Origin: the human T2T-CHM13v2.0 reference genome, Homo sapiens
Direction: 5' to 3' (one strand)
DNA length: 64,000 nucleotides
Assembly (NCBI RefSeq): GCF_009914755.1
Contig: NC_060933.1
Of the stretch, positions 55,051-64,000 are shown piece after piece; position 1 is the first letter of the stretch, and each line of letters begins with the position of its first letter. The notes beneath the pieces were generated by a model that was given only the letters and a program-made list of their open reading frames with translations, had not been told where the DNA came from and made no database searches. The position numbers were made by a program, and so were the translations under genes.

Positions 55051-56463
55051 GGAAGAAGTTAAATATGTTTCCCATTAATACATAAGGTTTCCTTTCATAA
55101 CTCTACCCAAACTTTCCTTAATTTTAAGGGGAAATGCTTTCCCAGAAGTCTGCCCTAAACTTTTAGTATGATTTAACATCAAATTGGCTTCAAGCCCCTT
55201 CCTATTTTCAGCCAGTTTTCTCTTCAATTAGCAATTAAAAGTTTAAACACCTCACCTAGCTTATTCACTTTAAATGTGAGATCTTACTTATCTTTTTTCT
55301 GTTTGTGAACTCTGTTTTTCTAACTACAGAAGAAATGTCCATGAAGGAAATAATTAAATACAACCAACCAGCCAGCTCCATCAATATCACTAGCCTTCCT
55401 CAATAGAAAGATACCCAGTATTGTTAGCAGCCATACCCGCTGTGTAGCCCATGCATTTTTCAGTATATGTGCTGCCAAAGCAAGCACTATCCCACATTTT
55501 CTTAAATCTCAAACTATTATTTGAAGTACCTCTATGACATCCTTTCCCATGTACAAGAGCTTCACCTCAACACCACTCAACATCATTTCCAAGGCTATTT
55601 GCTTAAAGAATCTCTAGAACTTAAACAGAGTATAGTGAACAGCATCATTGGAGGCATTTGATCAAAGCCCCAATGGGTTTCACTAAATCTATAGGATTTA
55701 CATACAAAAACAGTTAGAAAACCAAGATATCCAAAACCACACACTAAAGCCAAATTCAACCAAGTGAGAAAATCATCTGAAACACACCTGATTCGCAAAT
55801 CAGTTATCATAAGGATTAACAACAATGACACTATGTTAACATTTCTTGAACACATATTATCTAGAACCAGATCAAGAGTCCTTAGTTCTGACTAATCTTC
55901 TAGAACCTCATCACACAAAGTTGAGAACTCTGTCTTCCTTCTCTTTTAACATGATTTGCATGCCTAAAATGGCATTTTTCATATAGCATTGTAATTGTAG
56001 GGTTATTTGTAGTTAGGTAGGAGCTACTGGACTTAGGATCCCCAAGATCACCAAAATTTGCTTTTATCTGTCCTCCTGGAACCAATTAAACACTGTTACC
56101 TTCACAGACCCACTCACTTCTTCATATGCATATGCTTTAAATCATATATTTAATTGTATTGATAAATGTATGTATTTTTTAAATGTTCCAGCCCTGCAGA
56201 TTTTGTAGTTTATGCTTCTCCTTCTTGTGATTACTCACCTCATTTTATTATCTTCAGTATCATATTAAGATGAGGGATGTTATACTTACTTTTTGGATGA
56301 ATATATAAACTATCCTTTTAATTTGTGAAGATTCTCTCTGGCCAACAGTTAAATGACCAAAACTTCAGTTGAAAATCATTAACACAACACAAGATCAGTC
56401 AAGATCTCCCCGACATTGTGGAAACCATTTAGACCACCTAACTCAACTTCAAAAGCACAATGC

Positions 56464-56755
56464 GGCCGGGCACAGTAGTTCACTCCTATAATCCCAACAC
56501 TTTGGGAGGCTGAGGCAGAAGGTTTGCCTGAGCACAAGAATTTGAGGCCAGCCTGGGCAACAAAGTGAAACCCCATCTGTACAAAAAAAAAAAAAAAACA
56601 AACTTAAAAATTAGCTCAGCATGGTGGTGCACACCTGTGGTCCCAGATATTCAGGATGGCTTGAGCGTGGGAGGTCAAAGCTGCAGTCAGCCATGCTCAT
56701 GCCTCTGCATTACAGACTATGACTGAGCAAGACCCTGTTTCAAAAATAAATAAAT
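56464..56755 (+). mobile_element. Alu, AluJ-like, with 12-bp TSD
   Basis: TSD AAAAGCACAATG at 56451-56462 and 56756-56767. Confidence 0.93.
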
Positions 56756-57082
56756 AAAAGCACAATGTTTTAAATTGCCATTGCTAATCATGATAATAAT
56801 GACAGTGATTGACAATCTTGAAGGACTGACCTCTTTTTTTTGAAACTAAGGAAATATCCTGAAGATTGTTTTCCTCTATAACCATCATGCCTATATAATA
56901 ATCATTATAGGAGTATTAAACAAGTTATACTACACGTCAGCTCTGCATGAGCCTGTGGTAGCATTAAGCAAACTAGATTTCTAGACAATCCACATTGAGC
57001 CATCCAGGTTAATTTCTTCCACATGAAAACTTTTGTCAAAATTATTTGTGTGTAAGAGAGTAAAGAATGGGAGGAAGGTATG

Positions 57083-57126
57083 TTTCACTTCCTTTCACAG
57101 CATCTGAAACAGGAAGTGATGACTCC
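57083..57126. promoter_or_regulatory. ETS/IRF composite, E-box and ETS motif cluster (candidate enhancer)
   Basis: GGAAGTGAAA (minus, 57083-57092), CATCTG (57101-57106), ACAGGAAGTG (57109-57118). Confidence 0.35.
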
Positions 57127-57194
57127 TGAAACACCTAAAACCTAAAGGACTCTTAAAGTTTACCTAATACTTAAATGACGATTGAAGTTTACCT

Positions 57195-57495
57195 GGCCGG
57201 GCACAGTGGCTCATGCCCATAATCTCAGCACTTTGGGAGGCTGAGTCAAGTGGATCACATGAGCTCAGGAGTCTGAGACCAGCCTGGGCAACATGCTGAA
57301 ATCCCGTCCCTACAAAAAATATAAAAATTAGCCGGGCACGGTGGCACATGCCTGTAGTCCCAGCTACTTGGGTGGGAGGTGGAAGGATCACTTGAGCCCA
57401 GCAGGTGGAGGTGGCAGTGAGCCCAGATCGTGCCACTGCACTTCAGCCTAGGTGATAAAGAGTGTGATTCTGTCTAAAAACAAACAAACAAACAA
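57195..57495 (+). mobile_element. Alu, AluJ-like, with 10-bp TSD
   Basis: TSD AAGTTTACCT at 57185-57194 and 57496-57505. Confidence 0.93.
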
Positions 57496-58545
57496 AAGTT
57501 TACCTGTTAATGTCTATTGTAAAGGCAGATCCCAGGGTCCCACTTCCAGCAATTACGATTTTGCTCCTACTTTGATAGACAATGAAAGAGACTGCAACAT
57601 GAAATTTGAGCAGGAGGACGCCTACATAAATCACAAATTAAAATCAGTCCAAATGGCCACTTTACAAAAAAAAAAAAAAAAAGGTGAAAGTGTGTTCCAA
57701 TCTTATATTCAATTTTAAAGTTTTATTCAGCCTAAATTCTGTAAGAGGACAGTCATGACTGACCAACAGTGAAAAATGAAAGGTTGGCATGGAGAAATCA
57801 GGAGCCATAGTTTGGTAGATTATGCTATACTCATCCAAAATTTTTGCTGTAAATTAACAATTTCAAAGGCTTTTTCTCTTCAAACCCCACCAGATCAAAT
57901 GGCACCCAGAAAATAGTTTGCCTGTGGCCTGTTAGCTTCTCTACAACAATAATAATCCCCACATTTGCCAAATTTTCAATTTAGAACTGGCAAGGTCTTC
58001 GAATGTTTACAGAGAAAGGTTTTGCTAGTGAATCATAACACACATCTACTGTAACCAAAGAGGCTGACAGAAATGGAATTAATCAACAAAGAATACAGAG
58101 AATGATAAAATAAATAGCCATCTCCTTTAAATTTCCAACTCAAATCTGTACATAATCTGGGGTTTTACACAATTCAAATCCTTTCAACTCTGCAAGTTGG
58201 GAAGTTTTCTCTAGGACTTTGGAGGCTTACTTAAAAGAAAAAGATATCTTTGGCTTGTGTTTTATTTTCCTGTACTAAAACCAAACTACACTGTTATTTT
58301 AGCAACTGTATTCAGATTGAAACAATTTAAAACAGTTCCTATTCTATTAGCTTCCTGAATCATCATCACTTGCAAATATCTGTTCTTTGGATAGCTACGC
58401 ATCTGCAAATTTTCCTTTTAAAGGGATGCTTCTGGACTTCAAGGTAAAGAAACAGCACACCTGGACTCGTGTGTGTAAGGAGTGAATACAGCAATCAAAA
58501 CAATTGTGTGATAGCACCCAAGCTGCAAAGATCCCTAGCTTTTCT

Positions 58546-58582
58546 ACACTTACTCCAGGCCACCACACTTACTCCAGGCCAC
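58546..58582. repeat. 19-bp tandem duplication
   Basis: ACACTTACTCCAGGCCAC at 58546 and 58565. Confidence 0.92.
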
Positions 58583-59212
58583 TGTCAACAAATTGTTCTC
58601 CCACTGAGAATAGCTTAAAACAATTAAACCAGCTACTCACACCAGGCTTAAATAGTTACGGTATTTAGCCAAAGATACTCATCCTATTTGCTATGTTTGT
58701 ATGATTTTAACTTCATCTAAAAGTCTTAATTAAGAACAAAGCCTCTATGGTAGTAGCCATGCCCTAAAAATTTGAAATAGGCTTATATTATTTATTTTGT
58801 TTTAGAGATTATGGAATTTTTAGTAGGATGGATTTCATGGCAAGCTGCAGAGCACCTGTTGTAAATTGCCTGTGGTTTATTAGAGTGCACCTTTTAAACA
58901 TATTATTTAGTAACTCCCATAAATTCTCATCTTGTATGTGAGTACGAATTTGTCCCATGAGCTGATCCGAGGCAAGGACCACATCTCCTAGTCCACACTC
59001 AACACAATTAATGTTGTACATTCTGGATGACAGATTTAACGTGAAATCAATTTCCCAAACAAGGTTTTGTTTCTCAAACACCTACTGCCCCTGATTATTA
59101 TGAATTCCTTTGTTTTCTTCTAAATTTTAAGGAGAGTTTAAGGATTTTTAAAACAAAAATTTCTAAGGGACTATTTTAATCTAAAGAGAAGCTTCAAATT
59201 AATACAAAATCA

Positions 59213-59389
<177 letters not shown>

Positions 59390-59414
59390 GCAGCAAAACC
59401 CTAGGTTTTCAAGA

Positions 59415-59549
59415 TATGTTTCACATAATTAAATATAGAAGAAATAGCCTTTATATTCACCAACAGCAAAACCAAAATTGCCTATGTTTCACATAATTAA
59501 ATATAGAAGAAATAGCCTTTATATTCACCAACAGCAAAACCAAAATTGC
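59415..59549. repeat. 68-bp tandem duplication
   Basis: 59415-59481 is identical to 59483-59549. Confidence 0.95.
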
Positions 59550-61258
59550 ATAGATAGGGTGTAGAATCTTAGTAAGCAAAGTTAATTCCTTAGTTGTAAG
59601 TCTTAAGAACTAGTCATTGAACCAAGAGTACCAAGATGAACTTAGTCAATTTGCAAGCCCAATGTGTGTGCATCTTTACTGATCTAAGTTTTGAAAGTTA
59701 TTTACTTTCAAAAATATCCTCCCCCTCAAATTTATTTTTATTTACAGACTCTAAAAGCCATTTCAAATACTATGTATTTCTACTTTATAGGCTCTCAAGC
59801 AAGTAATCTAACAACTTTCAGAAATTACCACATGATTAAATTCCCTGATTCAATATTTTTAAATTTCCCAACAACTTGTGTATTTATTTTAACAGTTAAT
59901 GTTTGTTTTATTAATTTCTATATAATTGCTCTATTACATATACCTTTCACAGTTATCGTTTAAACAAAGCTTTTGTATTCTTTGACCTTTTAAAAATGCA
60001 CATACACACATACAAAAGCATGCAGAAATTTTTATGCACTATGAGAAAATATTGGGTGTGTGATAAAATACTTCCTAGAGTCATAGTTATCCATAATATG
60101 ACTTTTCATGTATCTTTTCCTGATCCTTTTCTAAAAAATATAATAGATGAGGTCACAAATGACAAGTAGAGAACAGAGCTACACAGAAAAGCCTTTAAAA
60201 CTGAAATCTATTTCAAACAACTAGGAAAGGCATAATGATGTAGAGAATGCCTTCAGCCCATCTTCCAATGACTTAAAACCTGCTGATGCCTCAAAGAAAT
60301 ATTTAGAACAATATTGTGCTTGGAGGGGGTTTTATTTTATTTTTCATTTTGTACTGCATTCATCTGGAACAAATCTCCCTGGGTGTGTTACATCTTAAAA
60401 ACACAATTAAAAACATTAATCGGATCTGGCCCACCAGATCACATAACCTTGATTGCCCGGCACACTATGATATTCTCTCATCAGAGCAAGAGGGAAATGA
60501 TTGAGATTAAGAGTTGTTTCAGGTGTGGCTTCTGGTGCCACTACTCCAGGAAGGGAGAAAATCTGGTTGACCAAGCAATCCTTCTCTCCTCACCACCGTA
60601 CCTAGCCAACTTGTGCGTGACAAGCCAAAATACAGCGGTCCCCGAGACGAGACTTCAAAAGGAACATAGAACTGTTGGCATCTCTTATCAGACACCCTCA
60701 CAAATTCGGAAAAAGTAACAGAGAGGCAGGAAAGATTTCTACTACATAGTTAGTGCACAAATAAATATAAAACTTATTTTTGTTATTTTTCTTTTCTTAA
60801 GGATAACCTTTACGTTTCTGATTATGAAAATATGTGCAGATTATTTTTTAAATAAAAAAGTAAAATCAAAATTACTCATACTCCCACAATTATACTATCC
60901 AGAGAATAGCCAGATTCTCTTCCCTCCAGTATTCTTAAAATATGTGTTATTTAGTGGAATTGTACTCAGTCTCAATAAAAAGAGTTTAGCCAGGTGTTTG
61001 CCAACAGACAAGGAGGTATTAAGAATTTCTCTTGGCCTCACTCTTGGTCTAGTTGGGTGCTGGACACATCCCCTTCTCAGATCTGCTGCTGGGATGTAGA
61101 CTGATTTGCACAGCCCTGGCACCAATTTCTAGGTCTAGCAGTATGTGCCCCCGTGGTTCTGCTGGCCTTGGTGAGTATTACTTGCAACTACATGGTCTGA
61201 GTTTCCCGTGCCCTAAAAGACAAGGCCACCACTAGCACATACAGGAGCTTTGTGTGAG

Positions 61259-61317
61259 GCACGCGCGCGCACACACACACACACAAACACACACGCACGC
61301 GCGCGCACACACATACA
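61259..61317. repeat. (CG)n/(CA)n alternating purine-pyrimidine repeat
   Basis: GCACGCGCGCGCACACACA occurs twice, 36 bp apart. Confidence 0.92.
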
Positions 61318-62521
61318 AATTTCAAAAAGGAGCTTATTTTTGGATGAGCCGCATCTGCCCTGTTTGTCTGAGGCAGAGCACAAACTGGACAGCCCTAACT
61401 CAGGTAGCCCTGGCTGAAGAAACGGAATACATTAAATCCCTTAATCCCATATGCACTGCTCTTAAGTTCTTCTATCTCTATGCCTGCCTGCAGAGCCTAC
61501 AAAGGGGTGTGGGACACTGTCACCTTTGTTTATCTTCCATCCTCTTTCCCTGCAATTGTCTTCCATCTGTGATGGTTTTAGAAAGAGAAACACTAGTATT
61601 TAGGGGAAGCACGTATAGAAAGTACTTTGGCTTCCTCAAAAGCGGCACCAGGTTAAGGGGTGAAGATTCAGTTCCTTTTTTTATATAGACTGTGAGGTTG
61701 TAAATTAGGAGTTAATAACAAGAAAGGTACAAAGTGCATTTTTTTTTCTACTTTCTGATCACATTGAAACTTAAATCACTGCTATGTTCTAGTCCAGGGA
61801 AATTTCTCCCAGATACTAGCAATTGTTCAACTATCAGTGTTTGTCTTTGAAAATATTATAAATTCATTTTTTAAAACACATTCCTAAGAGTTTAGTGGAA
61901 AGTGGGGAACTGTTGAGTTAAGGACTGCTAGCCAGATGCTATTTTAAGCTAGTAGCTGATAATTAGTTTTTAAAAATCCATTGCCCCCTACTAATTTTAT
62001 AATCCATCTGAAACCATAGTCCTCAGCTGACATTACTACTGTTATATTAGAGGTAGTAGTAGTAGTATCAAAAGTACTTTGAGAATTTTAATAAAGCCAA
62101 ATATCCTATTTGCTTGCAAATATACTAGTGTAATGGTACTCTTCAGGGAGAAAAATGTTCTAAATGATTTTGAAAGGAGAATCTTTACAAGGTGTTCCCT
62201 TGATGTATTAATGGCCTATCAAGTCTTTTTAAATGAATCTTGTAGAACTCAGTCAACATTAGCCATAATAAAAGATGTTTGCAATGCTTATTGTTCAAAT
62301 TAAAAGGAAGGAGTAGAAATCACTTTAAGAGCCTCTCTTATCCATTTCCATAATGAAGTATTCCATTTTGGGGAATTGAAAATATCCAGATTTGGAGAAT
62401 ATAAAAGAGCCAATGTTTTGAATATCTAAAACACATTGTACCAAGAAATCGGGTTGTATCCTCTTAATAGAAAATGAACTTTTAAATATCAACAAAGGAA
62501 TTTTTTAAGTTGTGGTTTATC

Positions 62522-62734
62522 TGAACACAAAAAGGGGAAAATAGACACCACTTGAGAATGGAGGAGGGCGAGAGTCAAAAAACTACCTATTGGGTACTAT
62601 GCTCGCTACCTGGGTGATGAAATCATTTGTACATCAAACCCCAGTGACACACAATTTACCCATGTAACAAACCTGCACATATACCCCCAAACCTAAAAGT
62701 TGAAAAAGAAAAACTAAATGAATAAAATAAAATG
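62522..62734 (+). mobile_element. L1PA15/16-like 3'UTR
   Basis: AAAAACTACCTATTGGGTACTATGCTC...CCCAGTGACACACAATTTACCCATG; degenerate TSD AAGTTGTGGTTTATC/AAATTATGGTTTATC. Confidence 0.85.
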
Positions 62735-63020
62735 AAATTATGGTTTATCCACTTTGTAGAATATTATATAGTTACTAAAAATAGCCCAGAATGCTTTAAA
62801 ATAGTTAATATTTTATTGGGAAAAAAAGCAGAATAGAGTTTGTATACAGTATGATTCCAATTTAAAAAATATATATGTATTTTATACTAGCAAATATACC
62901 ATGATATTTAATAGTTGTTTGTGCCTGTTGAGACTGGGTGGTTTTTATAAACATTTCTGTATTTTTCTGTATCTTCTCATTTCTCTACAATAAACACATT
63001 TCATGTTTAAGATTTTTTTC
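62735..63020 (+). mobile_element. L1ME-like 3' fragment (host of the L1PA15/16)
   Basis: ATACAGTATGATTCCAATTTAAAA...TTTCTCTACAATAAACACATT. Confidence 0.6.
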
Positions 63021-64000
63021 AAAAGTCACATGTTTTGCTTTGAATTTAAAAGCAACTATCTGATAAAGTTTTCAACCCTCATGCCCATGTTCCTTGTGAA
63101 AAATAAACCTCAGTCAAATGTCTAGTGAAATTATTTTTAAATATTAGAGGCTTTATTTTAGAAATCGAATGGCTTTATTCTAAAATATATAAATTAGAAA
63201 ATAAAAACTTTAATTATGCCAAATTAATAGAAATGGAGGAATTTAATACAGAAGGCAGAAGATGGACAATCATACTCCTTTCCAACAGTCAAAACATATT
63301 CCAATCACCAAATGAAAGTGTTTGTAAATCAATCTTCATATTTGAGGGTTAAGAAAAATGGCTTTTTTGGTGAATGACTATAAACTGTTTTTAAAGTTTT
63401 ATTTCCAGAGATTCTACACACATCATTTAAAAATTAGATAGATACAAGTAATCAATTGCCTTCCACTTGAGAACCAACAAATGCCACATCTCAGTAATTT
63501 GACAAGACAGGGTACCCAACCAGCACCTCATTTGGAATTCTTCTGGTAAGCTGCCTGGTATGAAGCTGAAATAAAAACCTACCTTTGGGGGATCCTGTCC
63601 TCAAACCTACCTTTTATGGAGCTAACATCCCAGAGGCTAAGAAAATGAAAATCAGGTCAACAGAAGAAGAAAATATGACAAGGAGGTTAAGATTTATTGG
63701 AGAAAGAGATCAATGTTCATAGTCAGCTGCAATTTAGAATTATTATGATGACAGTCATGAGTGTTTGATGTTTAACCTTTATACATTTTTAATTCAAGAG
63801 CCTCTTCCACACTCAGTTTCTCTTTCCCCCTCCTAAGCCCCTTAAATGCTGTCAAAATAAGATTCAAACTTGACTAAATAACTAAGTATTAAACAGTTCT
63901 CAAAGTTGTGGATTAAAACAATCCCAGATGAAAAATAATTTTTTAGATACATTATTGTAGCCAGGACAAAAAAAAAGGAGTTAGATGAAAGCAACTAATT

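Noticed and set aside
55600-55860. A/C-rich stretch as a possible NUMT
   Set aside because: No mitochondrial gene, tRNA or rRNA sequence recognised.
58809-59081. 90-aa minus-strand ORF as a coding exon
   Set aside because: No convincing splice-site pair and no recognisable protein similarity.

Overview
AT-rich primate genomic DNA, hominoid-like (AluY plus an L1PA3-type insertion), most likely human. It is intronic or intergenic in character, and I can support no intact host protein-coding gene. A large share is transposable-element fossil. This includes a ~10 kb nested L1 complex (5.1-15.3 kb), 13 Alu-family elements, two THE1/MST solo LTRs, an LTR-less ERV1 internal fragment with an env transmembrane remnant, several DNA transposons (MER20, MER44, MER5, MER81, FordPrefect, Charlie), MIR/L2 relics and microsatellites. 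The only long ORFs are LINE-1 ORF2 pieces. L1s are overwhelmingly on the + strand, suggesting an intron of a minus-strand gene, and there are candidate minus-strand non-coding exons or donors near 60.6, 48.0, 39.4 and 37.8 kb. The most curious signals are: a GC/CpG-rich patch that seems built from an AT-rich Charlie1 fossil by AT-to-GC-biased change; a probable 16-nt L1 3' transduction; an AluY whose poly(A) tail became a (GA)n tract with a 25-bp minisatellite; and a recent near-perfect 68-bp duplication. Repeat subfamily calls come from recalled consensus sequences, not a database search, and boundaries of old elements are approximate. I see no convincing new multi-gene biological system.
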